NCBI GenBank assembly: GCA_013239625.1
Contig: MU053881.1
Coordinates: 12,290,879 to 12,354,878, forward strand
From: Lama guanicoe
Taxonomy: Eukaryota
Reading direction: 5' to 3'
Length of the DNA: 64,000 bases
Shown: one piece after another, positions 1 to 13,045 of the stretch
How positions within the stretch are numbered: position 1 is the stretch's first letter
How the letters are laid out: each line of letters starts with the position of its first letter
Made by a program: the position numbers and the translations under genes
Notes under the pieces: generated by a model
The model's database searches: none
Seen by the model: only the letters and a program-made list of their open reading frames with translations
Told to the model about the DNA's origin: nothing

Positions 1-469
1 TTCAGTCTTTCTTCTGGTGTAGGGGACCAAAATTCATGACTGACACGGATGCTGAAGACACACAACATTATACACAGGCATGCTCTCTGTTTGCAGACCT
101 GATACCTGGCCTTGCTCTGTGAAGACAGGAACTCCAATACATTATGTTTTACATGATTCACAACAAAAGAAAAAATACATATATGGTGTTCTTAAATCAC
201 CTAAGCTGCAAAATCAAATCTTTTCCTCCATACTTCCATTTTGACATCACTGAGGACTGAGTCCTCTCCTTATAATTTTCAATTTCTGATTATTTAAGCA
301 TGCAAGTCTTCCTTCTCCTCCACTTGCTGTGTACATCTGATCCTAGGAGCCACATGGTATGTTCATGTATTAACCAGATCACACTTTCCCACGCTATCTT
401 TCCTGTGGGGAAATGATTATGGACGGCGGGGGCGGGGGAGCAGAGGGGAAGTCAAGAGAGCAGCTTGGA

Positions 470-620
470 GGCTCTGCACAAAGGACGACAGTGATTTTGA
501 CTGTGGTTGTGGCGGTAGAGATAGTAAGTAATCCAACTCAGATTTTGACAGTAGAGCCAATGCGATTTGCTAATTGGATATGGGAGACAAGAAAAAGAAG
601 TGGAGCCAAGTAGACAAGGT
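470..620 (-). mobile_element. L2 LINE fragment
   Basis: Motif 'cagattttgacagtagagccaatgcgatttgctaattggatatggga' resembles antisense L2 sequence. Confidence 0.55.
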
Positions 621-750
621 GACCATTTTCACACAGGCTTGCCGTGAGTGCCATTTGAATTAATACTTGTAATTGGGCCTAGCATTACGCCTGGAACATA
701 ACTGGAGCTCAAGAGACATTAGTTGAATCTGCACCTTGTTTATATTACTC

Positions 751-804
751 AAAAAAAAAAAAAAGAAAAAAAAAAAAAAGAAAAAGAAAAAGAAAAGAAA
801 AGAA
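751..804 (+). repeat. poly(A)/(AAAAG)n purine tract
   Basis: A14-G-A14-G followed by AAAAAG/AAAAG units, read directly. Confidence 0.95.
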
Positions 805-1699
805 TTGTACAGCAGACCCTGTATTGTTCCTGGCTTAACTGTTAACGACAACAAACATTTCTGAAAATTTCTCTCACAGGTCCCTACCAGTTTGTTGAGG
901 ACAAGACAGGATAACAAAATGGGGGAACAATTAAAATCAGATATTCCCCCAAAAGAATGTTGACTACAATCTTCTATTTATCCAGGTCAACACAAAAGAA
1001 GTTATCTAGGGTGATCGGTGCAAATGAAGAGCTACTGGAGGCTAATTCTGACAAAACGTGCTGGGGTTTTGAATTACCAACCAAGTGACCCTTCAGTACC
1101 CTTTATAATTCCTATGACTGCCCAGCTTTGAAACATCAGCATGTGTTATTTCTAGTTAGTGAGGCTTTGAATGTTTCTTTTTTCAACCTGTATTTTGTAA
1201 AATTTTTGCAACGGTGGTATATTACTTTGAGGTAAGAGTAAAGTATGTATTTTTAAAACATTAAGAAAAAAAGGCTAAGAAAAACAAGTGGAAATATTAC
1301 GTGATTGCACTTCAGTAATAATAGCCTCTTAGTAAATAAAGCTGAACTTAAAACTTTAGTTAACTAGAACAATTGGGAATAAAGGCTAGAACATTCTAAT
1401 GGTGCAATATGATATGTATTTTAGTTATACATATATATTAACATCAATTTGGTCCCTGCCTTCCTTCTCTCTCCCTAGTTCTTCTCTTTTCTACTTCCTC
1501 CTCCCAAGAAGATAGCATAATTCATCAAGAACTTCCAATATGCCATGTGCAAGGCTTTGTAATTAGCATTTAGAACACTGGGCCTAAAGAAATCTTGAAA
1601 GGCTTTTTCTTTGGTAGAAGAGATTTAAGTCAGTATTACCACAAAAAAAGGAAATTTCCTTAAAGAATATGGCAAATTTTATAGGTTGGCTCATGCAAT

Positions 1700-1960
1700 A
1701 CTTATTCCAATTCTTTTTCCCTTTTCTTCCTCTCCCACAGAGCCTCGAGAGATACAAACCCACCTTTCCAGGGACCTCTGCAACTATGGGGAGCCAGGGG
1801 ACACATTTATGACCAATGAGGACTATGCAGATGTCTCTGGGAATTTCTGGGAAATACTCTCCCTGTCGGCCAGTTCCTGCTTGGAACGCAAATGTAATTG
1901 TTCAAGCAGCAGCAGCCATATTGGGACATAAGGAAAAAAATCAAGAGAACTACTTTGGAC
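1700..1960 (+). mobile_element. old MaLR LTR fragment (MLT1I/J-like)
   Basis: 'cctttccagggacctctgcaactatggg...tgaccaatgag...gaacgcaaatgtaattg...gcagcagccatattgggacat' resembles MLT1 LTR motifs. Confidence 0.45.
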
Positions 1961-2208
1961 CTCACATCTTTGCCCCAATGATCCTCTACCAAATGCCACA
2001 TATGCCCAGACATTTTCACATGAGAAAAAAAGAAGCCTTTGTATGTTTATGTCTATTACAAGTCCAACTTTCTGATACAGACAAAGGCAAATCCTAACAG
2101 ATCCACCGACCTGAAGTGGCTTGTTGCCTTTAACTAAATCTCTACTACCTTATGCTCCCAAATTAACCACTTTCTTCTGATATCACAGTTTAGGAAAATA
2201 CTCATTAC

Positions 2209-2229
2209 CTGATGATTCTGGAAAATGAG
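2209..2229 (-). other. candidate 21-nt microexon (unverified)
   Basis: Minus strand: ttttttttctttggaaaacag|CTCATTTTCCAGAATCATCAG|gtaatg. Good acceptor and donor, length 3n, no internal stop in any frame. Confidence 0.25.
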
Positions 2230-2883
2230 CTGTTTTCCAAAGAAAAAAAATAGTAATAATCATATTAGGCTTTTTAGACCCAATGCTCCAATTCATACAT
2301 CATGTGGTTCTAGAATAGGGAAATGTCAAAGAGACAGATGAAATAAATCAAATAAAATCATGAACTTGACCTGTTTCCTAAACGGTTATTGGGGAAGAGG
2401 TCCTTAGCGTCAACCATCTTCACATTTTAGAAGCCCTGTCTTGTCTGTAAAATTCTCTATATCAACCAATCAGCTTTGCCCTATTAGAGGTGACTGAGTG
2501 TTCAGAACAGAAAAAGGCCACTAAGTCCTGATGTGGAGGTTTTTTCATCTAGTCTGCAGCCAGAAGGGTGTCTGCACCCCACCCCCAAAGAGGAAGAGTA
2601 CAGGTAAGATCAAGTCCATGAAAAGGTAACGGGCAGAAGACAATCTCACCGAGATTACATTCCATAAAATGGAATTGGCAACATCTGCTCAATCTACTGT
2701 AGATAAACAGTGAACTATTTTCCACCTCATTAACTGAGAGGATAAGATATTAAATAAACCCCAGGGGCCTCATGCTTTGTTATCACGTTAGCACGTGTAA
2801 GGGTTGGCCCAGACTTGCTGCATTAGCTAATCCTTGTAAGGGTTTAGAGTCTAAAATCCTATACAATTCCTCTCTCTGTCTCT

Positions 2884-2884
<1 letters not shown>

Positions 2885-2948
<64 letters not shown>

Positions 2949-2965
2949 ACACACTCACACTCACA
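2885..2965. repeat. (CA)n microsatellite
   Basis: About 29 perfect AC units (2885-2942), then CT-interrupted units. Confidence 0.98.
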
Positions 2966-4119
2966 AATACCAAATGGCTTAAACCCAAAAGTTACCGCTT
3001 GATCTGTCTCTCTAATTACTAGTCACTTAGCTTAAATTATTAACCATGTCTTCAACTGTGATATATGATACCTGTAGGTCTCCAAACAGGATTCTAATAG
3101 AATTATCTAATTCTATTAAACTGCAAACAACTGCCCATTAAATATTTATTAGCCAGCTTGCATTCACTGAAGATAGATTGGAGTGTCAGCAAACCTCTGG
3201 GCTCCCTCTTCCCAGAGCTCTGTTATACCGAAGGTTCAGCCAAACCAGCTCATCAAAAGTGTGCCTATTGATCAACTGCCAATTACCTGTTTAATGAAAA
3301 TCAATGGAAATAAAATAGTTTAGAAGACTTTACAAGGTATGGTATGGATTTTTTTTTTAATACTTGGTTAAATAAGTAAATCGGTTAAAATCTAGCTAAC
3401 ATGATAGTAAACACTTACGGTTAATTTTACCAGGGGGAAAGCGGCTGGTGGTTAAATAATTAGATTTTTCTTTTTCAGCCCGGTGAATTGTATTTTTAAT
3501 ACAGGAGTTGAAGAACCGTCAATTTTAGCCACTCAGGAGCGATGCTTTTTGATGCTGTATTTTCAGGCTAAAATGCCTTCTTTCTCAAAGCCATGTGAAA
3601 GAGAACCTGACACCTTTGGCAGACAGCACTCCTTAAGATGGTAAGCATGTGGGCAGTTTTAGACAATTAGATTATGCAAGATGGCAAGTGTTCATTCACT
3701 TAAAATGCAAGAACCATCTGGATTCTCCCAGAGGATCTGGGGAAAATGAACAAGGAAAGTCACTCCTCTAGACAAACCATTTTAACACGAATCATTCAAA
3801 ACCCAAATTGTACATCAGTTCTTAATAGCAAAAGGCCATAATGCAGAATATAAAAGAAAGGAAGGAGTGTCATTTGACTCTTGTGCGACTGGTGTCTCAA
3901 CAGTCAGAGAAAGTCAGACCAAAGAAAAACAGGAATTGCTGTAGCAAATAATCAGTAGTGCTATGTATTTTTGCTTCCTGGTTGCTGCATTTAAAGATTT
4001 TACCTCAAACAACTGCCTTATAGCTTGATTTTGAGAAAATACTCCTGTCCAGGAGCAAAATAATTAAGATAGACATAAAAATCAGCACTAGGAATCTCTA
4101 GTCATTAGAAACAAAGCAA

Positions 4120-4512
4120 CTAAAATAAGTAAGTAAAATGTGTTATACTCACACATTGGAATAAAGCATTGTAATGCAAATGGACAGACTATTGCAACAT
4201 GAAAAATGGATCAATTTCATAAACACCATGGTGAATGAAAGAGCCAGACCAAAATAAAGAACAGATTCTGTATGATTAAATTTACATAAAATTCAAAAGC
4301 CGGCAACATAAAGCCATGTTTTAAGTAGACTAGTAGTTAGTTACCTTTGGGAGTGGGAGGAAGGGTAGTGACTGGGGAGGGGGCATAAGGGAGATTTTGG
4401 AGTGCTTGGTAATGTTCATGTTCCAGTCTACAAGCTGGTTACACAAATCTAGTTCCTTTGGGAAAATGTGTGCACTTTTCTGAATGTATGTTATTTTTCA
4501 ATGCAAGTTTAC
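4120..4512 (+). mobile_element. old L1 (L1ME-like) 3' end
   Basis: 'tgtatgattaaatttacataaaattcaaaa', 'gttacctttgggag', 'tgtgcacttttctgaatgtatgttattttca' are typical old-L1 3' UTR motifs. Confidence 0.8.
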
Positions 4513-4539
4513 TGTCCAAAAAGTAAAGCAACAGAGCAA

Positions 4540-4660
4540 TTTATTTGTGTGGCCTTAGGCAAGTCACTTATCTCTGGACCTCAAAGTTCCACCATGTGTA
4601 AAATAAGCAGCTGGACAAGATGGTCTTCAGATTTCTATTGCAAAAGTGCTTGACTCTACA
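4540..4660 (+). mobile_element. MIR fragment
   Basis: Core 'tgtggccttaggcaagtcacttatctctggacctcaaagttcc'. Confidence 0.7.
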
Positions 4661-4829
4661 AAACATCACTAGTTTCACAAGGACAAGATGGATCAATAAA
4701 TCTATTCTGACATCAACCCCATTCTAGTAGTCAAATACCTTCCTCCACCCCCTCATCTTGTTTGTCTCTCTTTACTTAAATAGCAAAAAGCAAGATTTTT
4801 TGGCAGTACACATACATAGAGAATCCTCT

Positions 4830-4895
4830 GGTAGATAGATGGTTGGTATATAGAAAGATAGCTGGATAGATAGATATGTAGATACATAAATAGAA
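4830..4895. repeat. degenerate (TAGA)n tract
   Basis: Imperfect tagatagat units. Confidence 0.7.
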
Positions 4896-6489
4896 ACATT
4901 CTTATAAAACCAGACAAAAAGGAGGGGTGGAAAACTTTCATGCCCTCAAGAACCTTCCCCTCAAGTTTCTTTCAGTTTTTCATTCACATGGAAATATTTA
5001 ATTTTTTGACTTATTTTATCCCAAGAGAGTCCATGTTTCTGAAATCAGACAGGCATGACCTTCTAAGGCATGCAAAACAAAAAATCTTCCCTAAAACATA
5101 TCCTTGGCATAACTGCCTAAATGCATAATGTTTGCACAATTAGAGCATCCTCTTAGATCAATCAGTCCTTCACCTAGCAGAGATCTGGCCCCTGAAGATG
5201 TGAGACACAGGACACAAGTTTTGTCCACATGGAAGAGGATGGTAGAGATGAGAAATTTGGTGCACTTCAAGAAGAGAGGATGCTGACATGGGGTACCAAG
5301 ATGGCATCCCCAGCCCAGAACTAGAAGAACAAGAGAACACTGTAAGGGAATGGGAGCCAGGTGTTCTCCCACTGTTTGTTCCCCACCCAATGCCAACTTG
5401 CGCCTGGTTCTCCTCATGTTTCTACAAGAAAAAGTCTTGTGAATTTCACCATGCAATAAGAAAATAAAATCCCACCAATGGCTTCCTTCTCCTGAACAAC
5501 CGTAAGTCACCAAAATAAACTATTCACTTTTTAAACTAGTAGTTATATATATATTAACACTATAGGCGGTGCTCAAAATTTCCCTTCGCTCATTGTAGAA
5601 ACCAAAGTGGAGATCTCTCTGCTCATAGAACTTTATAAGGACATATTGGAGATTCATCAGGGAATGAGCACATGTCACTAGTTCATGGCCAAAATAATGG
5701 ACAGAAAGAACCTAAATCCCTGAAGTATGAAATGTTACAACTTTTAAATTCCTCAGTAGTGTATCTCTTAAAAGGACAAAATAAAGTACAAGTCAAGAAT
5801 TCTTCAAAAGAATATTTCTAGATCGTGTTGTCAGGAAACAGATAATATGTCATTTCTCCTTAGTTCTCAGGTACAGTAGAAGCATCTGGAGAATATACAA
5901 TGAGAAAGTTACCTGCTGCTGTGTTTTAAAAATCTTAAACGGAGACCAAAAGCAGTTTGGTTGGTTTTCTTTAATATTAGGTGCAAGCATCTCTAAAGAA
6001 CATACTTTTACCACTCTCACCAGTCAAAAAAAGCTGCCTCTAAATGTCTCTGTTCTATGCACTCCCATCTAGGACTGGGGTTCTGCTCTCTCCATTAGAG
6101 GCAAAGGGCTCTGTTACCCACCTGGGGAAAAGATAAAGAAGACTTCTGTTTTGAAGGTGTACGTTTAGATGTCAATCTGCTCCTTCAATCTGTAAAAACA
6201 GAGGAATTGTGCAATTACTATTTTAAAAAATGCCACTGACTTAAGCCCAGTATAGAAAGATCCTGTGATCAAACAGGCTTTTCCACTCCCAGAAGGTAGA
6301 AGCCAGTTGGGAGAAGAGACAAGAACATAAGCAAGAATATCTACGAGGGAAACTAGAGCAGAGCTACAGCCAGAACCGTTCCATAAAAAATTCAGAGCTG
6401 CAGAGACACTGAGGTTCACCACAACGTAAAACTCACGTTGCCATCCCTCAAGGATTGCTGTACCTGAGATTTCTAGTCTCCTTTCCCGT

Positions 6490-6860
6490 ATCTATTATTC
6501 TATAATAATAGAAGTTCTATCTGTGTATATGGCTGCCAGGTTAAAGACTACATTTCCCAGCCTTCCTTGAGGCTAGATGTGGCATGTGCCCAGGGGGCAT
6601 GTGACTAGCCAAAGGGAGTTACAAGCAGAAGTTCTTTGTGCAAATTTCTGGTCAAACCCTTAAAAAATAAGGCACGCGCAATTCCATTGTTCTTTCTTTC
6701 TTCTTACTTGTTAGAATTCAGACATAGTGGTGGGAACAAAAACACCCATCCTGGACAAAGAATAAGAAAGCACAGGCTAAGCCTGGAAGAGCAGCAACAC
6801 GGAAGGGGCTGGATCCTCACATCCTGGACCCACTGTATAAGTCCCAGACGGCTTACATAC
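6490..6860 (+). mobile_element. MaLR LTR (MLT1I/J-like)
   Basis: 'aaagactacatttcccagccttccttgaggctagatgtggcatgtg' is a characteristic MLT1 motif. Confidence 0.75.
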
Positions 6861-7939
6861 AGTAGCCAAGCCAATATCCTAAAATGTACCAACTGGTTCT
6901 TCACCATCCTCTGTCCCACCTGGAGTGATGATTATCTCTTTGCTGGACATTGCCCAGTGCCCCCGTCAAGCAGGGATGACCCCCATCTAATATCCTGGCA
7001 CGACCTAAATTTCACTGTCCTCACCACCACTACCAAGACTGGGGGTTACTACAGAGAGACAGCTTGCAGGGTCATGGAAGCTTGAATCAAGAGCCCTGTC
7101 CTAATCAAAGTGGGACCATGATGAACCATTTTGAAATCCTCCACTGAGCCTGGCCAGCCATGGCTATAACACCCCTGATGACAGCTCAAGAAGAGCCTTT
7201 CCCTCCAGCCAGGAAATTTGAGAGGCACACCAGGGCAGGGTTGCTTAAATAGATTGTAACTGCCAAGACCTGGTGACTAAATAAATAAGTGCATGTGGAA
7301 TGGAAATTAGGGGGCTGGACCTAAAATAAATTTAACAGACTGCCTCCTCTTTATGTACTCCTTTTAATCAGCTGGTTTCATGAGACTTCGCTTTGCAGAG
7401 GAGGAGAGGTGACTCATGAGCATGCTTGCCAGAGACAGATGCTTTGTGGGTTTTGTTGTTTTAAAAAAAATTTTTTTCTATCAGACAAGGATCTGCAAGA
7501 AATTTGGATGAGAAGAAAGGCTGATGGTAAACATGATTGGAATCAAGGCAGATTTTGGAAGGAAGTTGTACAGGATTTTTATAGACGCATAGTTCCTCAA
7601 ACTCTTTTCAAAGACATAAAAATAACAGGGGAATCAGAGTTTTACCAATAAAAAAAGTCATCTAGTTCAACTCTGTTTTCCTAAATAAATACTTAACATA
7701 AGTATATAACACACAGTTGGCGATCAAATATATATTTTCATTTTTGTTAAATAAATGATTGCCTGGCTAGAAAACAAGAGGGATGAGTGAATTGCATAAG
7801 ATTGTGCAATTAAGATTCAGGTGAATCTTAAACCCAAGCCCAATGTATTTTGTATGTTGTCTTCTCTCATGTGGCACAGGCTCTTCTGTTTTTGAAATGA
7901 GCTTCAGAATCCATGCACACACCTTCCTTTTCCTGGCGT

Positions 7940-8450
7940 CTGTTGCAGTTAGGACAATTTTCACTGAAGGCAATAGAAAAGCTAGCAAAAAACTGTCTAA
8001 ATCAGATTTTTTTTTATTGTTTACTTGACAAAAATCCAGAGGTAAATTGTCCCAGCAACACCGTCAAGGACCTAAGAACCTTCCACTTGCCTGCGTTCAT
8101 GTGCTGCTTTCCTTTTGGTGCCTGTTTCCTCATGGTTGCCACATAGTTGTAGCATTTCTTTTTATCTTCTGTGAAAGCATCCAAATAGAAAAGACAAGGA
8201 TAGAAATGGCTTCCTTCTCACAGTACTCTATTAATAAAAAGAAAAATCATTCCCCAAGCCGCCAACATACTTCCCCTTATGCCTTATTGGCCGGTAGCGG
8301 ATCAGGTGCCCACCCTTGGACCAATCACTGGCAGAAAGGAATGGGATTGTGATTGCTGGGTTAGGCCAATCATAGTTTCCCCTACTTGACCTGGGCTCAT
8401 TCCATCCCAAACAAATGTATCAGCAAGGAAGAAGGGAAGTGGCTCTCTGA
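7940..8450 (-). mobile_element. MaLR LTR (MLT1K-like)
   Basis: 'cttattggccgg...gcccacccttggaccaatcactggcagaaaggaatgggattg...ggccaatcat' matches an antisense MLT1K-type LTR. Confidence 0.7.
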
Positions 8451-10249
8451 AGACTTCTGTGCGTTTCAGCCGCATACACAGCTTGCTTTGACAGCCCTAC
8501 TGAAGACTGAGCCCGCAAGTGTTACACCCCAGCAACGCTAGATATGGGAGCAGGAATTCAACCCAACAAGCATTTGTCAATTGCTTTCTATTTACCAGTC
8601 TCTACACACACCCTGCAACTAAAACTACAAATAGGACTGACTCTTATCTTACCCTCAAAAAGCTCCCTATACAACGGCAGATGGAGACCACTGAATAGGT
8701 TATTACAATCCAGTATGATGTGTGTTCTTAGGGGAAAGTGCTTACCCCTATGAGATAATAAAGAAGACATAACTAGCCCACATGTAGATGGTCAGGAAGG
8801 CTTCCAAGAGCAGGCGTCATCAACAGAATAAGTAGACGCCATAGCCCGGAGAGGCCATGGGACAAGCAGAGTTCCAGACAGAAGACCCAGGAGAGGCCAA
8901 GTGCAAAAGACAAATAAGAATACCATGAGTCTGAAGGCTGGAAGAAAAAAAATGAGTATGACAAAATCACTGAACATAAGGCAGAGAGATCAACTGAGAC
9001 TAAAGCCGATATGCAAATTAGTCCTATTTCAAGTTTCTGCCAGTTTGAGAAAGGACTGGCCATGACAGTGGGAGGTGGAGTCACAGGTGTGAAAACAACA
9101 AGACGCAGGCTCGGCGGTGACCTCCCCCGAGGAAATGGATCACAGCATTGCTACTCGGTGACTCACAATTCCCGTTGCCAATTCTCCATCTATTGAGGCT
9201 ATTACAGACCAAGCTGAAAATAATGTACCAGTTCAGAGTGTCAACAGCTCCCCAGCACCAGGGCTGGTGTGGGTAATGAGTGTACTTTGACAGCCCAAGG
9301 TCAGATATTTAACAATATTCCAGAGTTTAAGTATGATACACTGAGCGCCGTTTTAGCTCCTTACTTGAAAGGCTCACAGCTGCTAATATTTACAGAAATA
9401 GGAAGCAATTACAGTCCGCTGCCACAGGAGGAACTTAAATAATTTAAGACTCATAATGCTTCTGATTCTTTGCAAGCCATCTTTTCTCCAGAACCAGCTG
9501 CTCGTAGCTCTCCGAAAGCCCTCGGTTCAGAAGACAGAGTCGACCTGATGCACAGCACTGCTTTCGCTCGCCCAGAAACTCAAGCACACAGCTTTTTGGC
9601 ATCCGCAACATTTCTCCCACACTTGTTCTTCAGCTCTGGAAAGGGCCCCTTTTCTCACCAGCGATGAAACTCCACAGCCATCTGCCTGGGCTAATCTGGG
9701 CAAACTGGCATGAGCAGAGAGAACCATAATGTGATTTCACAAATTAAACTAATTTATTTCAGTAGCCACTTTCATGACATGGATACGGGGAGGACAAGAA
9801 TAGAGAAGGAGAAAGGGGAATGGGGGTGGAAATTGGATTTGTTGAATGCCAAACAGAAGAAAGTCAGATTTTCAGCACCCAAAGTTTCCACGTGAACCAC
9901 CACCAGAGTGTCTCCTGGTGATTCCACTGTGGATTCAGCTCTTTCCCAGAGTGGCCAACAAGCTGGTGCGTGGGGGTAGGAAGACGTGGACAGTTGTCAA
10001 TGTTTTGAATTGAAGTATAGATTAAAATGATCTTTGCAAGAACCAGAGACCACTGGGATATCTGCTTCCATTATAAAGGTTTAAAATATGACCCAGAAAG
10101 TAACTGATAAGGTTCTTCCACCTGGGGATAGACACTGTCTAAGAAAGGTGGTCTTGGATCTTGGGCTTCCACAATCTGACGTTTATCATCAATCACAGAT
10201 TTTCTTGGGAGGACGTCCGACTAGAAGGGAAAGAACATATTTTCTGGCA

Positions 10250-10430
10250 CCCATTCTACTAGCTGTCAAATCCCAGCTCTCCCCTTTTCTGGCTCCAAAC
10301 TGGGATTCCAGGTTTCTCAGACTTCGTTTCCACACCTGCAAAATGGAGATGAGCTTATGAACATGTTTCAATGAGAAATTATTTTAAATGAAGTCACTTG
10401 GAAGAAAGAACCTAAGAATGTCTACACGAT
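10250..10430 (+). mobile_element. MIR fragment
   Basis: 'aaatcccagctct...cttcgtttccacacctgcaaaatggagat'. Confidence 0.6.
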
Positions 10431-10580
10431 AGCATCCAATGAAGGCAGACTCCTCCCCTTCCCTTCAGGATAATAAATATCATAAAAACGGCTGCAAGCC
10501 ATTTGGGAGAAATGTTAATCAGTCATTCCTGTTTGTACCTTGAAAAACACAGAGGCACTTTTTTATACCTGAAAGGGCCC

Positions 10581-11057
10581 TATTATGGACTGAATTATGT
10601 AACCCCCCACCGAAATTTGTACATTAAAATCCTCACCCCCAGTACCTCACAATGTGACCTTATCTGAAACAGAGGTGTTGTAGATGTAATTAGTTAAGTG
10701 AACACAAGGTTATACTAGAGTTGCATGGGCTGCTAATGCAATGTGTCTGGTATCCTTATGAAAAGAGCACCATGTGAAGAGAGAGACTGGCCCCCAAGGA
10801 GCACACCACGTGAAGATGAAGGCAGAGATCTGACTGATGCAGCAGAAGCCGAGGAATGCCAAAGACGGCCCGCAAACCACCAGGACCTAGGAGACAGACG
10901 TGGAATTCTTCCTCCCAGCCCTCAGAAGGAACCACCCCCGCTGACACTCTGATCTCAGACGTCTAGCCTCCGGAACTGTGAGACAATAAACTCCTTCTTG
11001 TGTAAGCTGCCCAGTCTTCGGTGTGCTTGGGCACAGCAGCCCTAGCAAACGAACACA
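10581..11057 (+). mobile_element. MaLR solo LTR (MLT1C-like), near full length
   Basis: Starts 'tattatggactgaattatgt', ends 'gcagccctagcaaacgaacaca'. Flanks ggccc/gtccc are a degenerate 5-bp TSD. Confidence 0.9.
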
Positions 11058-11761
11058 GTCCCACTGCTAACATCCCTTTCTACTCAGTGTACACAACAAC
11101 AGCTTTCACCGCTCACAACATTTTTTATGGGTTGCCAATAACTTTGGGTCTTCTGAGTCAACATTCAGGGACACCCCGTGCAAATACCAGGGCTGATGCG
11201 ACCCATTCTGGCTGGCTGAGAACACAGAGGACCTTAGTCATGGCCTCCTTGGTCCCAAAGCACCTTGACTAAAAGGCCTGATGGGCTCTGCTTACCTGTT
11301 CTTCTTTCCCACTGAACTCAAGCTCCTTGAAAGCAGAAATTATGTCTCACTCATCTTTGTACCCCCAGCAGAAAGATGAAGAAGGGGCTGTAACGTCTGT
11401 CGAACACCTGACTTTTTAGCCAAGTGTTCCACACTTAGTTCCACACACTGATCTGAGTGCCCGCCCTGTGCCAGACCACTTCCCCGAACCAGGAGAGGAA
11501 GGCCTCCGTGCCCCTATCTTATCGAAAAAGAAATTAGTTTCAGAAAATGAAGATGGAAACGGTGAAGCCTTTTTTTTTTCTTTTTTATTGTATTTTGCAA
11601 CATGATTTCAAGAAATATAAAATAGGAGTCCAAAGCAGAAGTGCTCCTGGAACTTGGACTCAGAGAAGGCAAGAAAGAATGAGACAGAAAGAGTAGGCGA
11701 AACATGTCATCTCCCAATAAATTCCCTTACAGAAACCATACATTGTAATTAAACCACAATT

Positions 11762-11929
11762 AGGGGGGTGGAGGGGGCAGGTATAGCTCAGTGGTAGAGT
11801 GCCTGCTTAGCACGCACAAGGTCCTGGGTTCAATCCCCAGTACCTCCACCAAAAATAAATAAATACCTAACTACCTCCCCCCAAAAAGTGAAATAAAAAA
11901 ATAAAAACAGTTAAAAATATATTTTTACA
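11762..11929 (+). mobile_element. tRNA-Ala-derived SINE (camelid Vic-1-like)
   Basis: A box 'tagctcagtgg', Ala-like loop 'cttagca', B box 'ggttcaatcc', tail 'aaataaatacctaactacctcccccc' plus A-rich end. Degenerate TSD aaaccacaatt/aaaccacgagt. Confidence 0.92.
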
Positions 11930-12315
11930 AAACCACGAGTAATGACACAGTTCTGACCCTGAGAAAATGTAGGTAAGCTCTAGAATATATTTATGTCTCA
12001 GAAGAAATGGCTGACCCAGAAAGACTCATTCCACTTCTAAATTATTCAACACTTACTCATTATATCCTGTGAACTAAAATGCAAAGTTAAAATCATGCCC
12101 TACCTTTTACTCTTCAACACATGCGAGTGTAGCAGAGAACTATTTCAAAGCCATAACAACTGGATCAAATTCAGACATAAATAGGTGACTGGTCAAAATC
12201 ATATGTTAATATACATATCATGAGAAAACATTAAGTCCCTCAAAAATCTGAATACCTTCTCTCCAAACAGTGGTATTACAAAGAGAAAGCATTTTTCACT
12301 ACCTTTGAAAGGTTT

Positions 12316-12415
12316 ATTATTATTATTTTTTTTATGAAGGTACTGGGGATTGAACCCAGGACCTTGTACATGCTAAGCATGAGCTCTGCCACTTGAGCTA
12401 TACCCTCCCCCCTTG
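12316..12415 (-). mobile_element. tRNA-Ala-derived SINE (Vic-1-like, short tail)
   Basis: Reverse complement of the same head, with a perfect 17-bp TSD ctacctttgaaaggttt at 12299-12315 and 12416-12432. Confidence 0.95.
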
Positions 12416-12496
12416 CTACCTTTGAAAGGTTTCTGGTATAGATTTTTCTCATGAGTTCTTTTTTTAAGTTTTGTGTCATGTTATCTTACATATCAA

Positions 12497-12506
12497 CACA
12501 CACACA

Positions 12507-12537
<31 letters not shown>
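12497..12537. repeat. (CA)n microsatellite
   Basis: AC run with one GA interruption. Confidence 0.95.
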
Positions 12538-12539
<2 letters not shown>

Positions 12540-12680
12540 CAGACACATTTGCCAAGAGAGGTAAGGACCGGCCCTGAGCACCAGCGCAGCATGAATTCCC
12601 AGCCCCTGCTCATTTCCCTGATCACAAAGAGCCTCCCCTTCAAGACGACTTGGCATCAGTTTGGACATGTGAGTGCCTGA

Positions 12681-13045
12681 TGTCTATGGTCTAAATGTTC
12701 ATGTCTCCCCAAATTCATATTTGAAATCCTAACCCCCAAAGATAATGGTATTAGGGGGTGGAATGTTTTGTAGGTACGCAAGCCATGATGACAGAGCCCT
12801 CAGAAATAGGATTTAGTGCCTCATAAGAGAGGCTCCAGAGAGGTCCCCGATGCCTTCCACCACGTGAAGACACAGCAAGGAAGCGCTGGCTGTGAACGGG
12901 GAAGAGGGATCTTGCCAGACTACGACCATGCTGTTACCTTAATCTTGGCCTTCCCAGCCTCCAGACTGTGAGACATAAATTTCTGTTGTTTCTAAGCTGC
13001 CCGATCTGTGGCGCTCTGTTCTAGCAGCCCAAATGGACGACAACA
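12681..13045 (+). mobile_element. MaLR solo LTR (MLT1A-like)
   Basis: 'ctatggtctaaatgttcatgtctccccaaattcatat...cccagcctccagactgtgagacataaatttctgttgttt...gcagcccaaatggac'. Confidence 0.88.

Noticed and set aside
3568..3640. + strand exon-like segment (ttttcag|GCTAAAATG...GATG|gtaagc)
   Set aside because: Isolated, opposite to the inferred host orientation and encoding an unrecognised peptide. It cannot be distinguished from a pseudo-exon.
11773..11848. tRNA-Ala(AGC)-like sequences here and at six other sites
   Set aside because: They carry SINE tails, A-rich ends, TSDs and stem-breaking substitutions, so they are SINE heads rather than tRNA genes.
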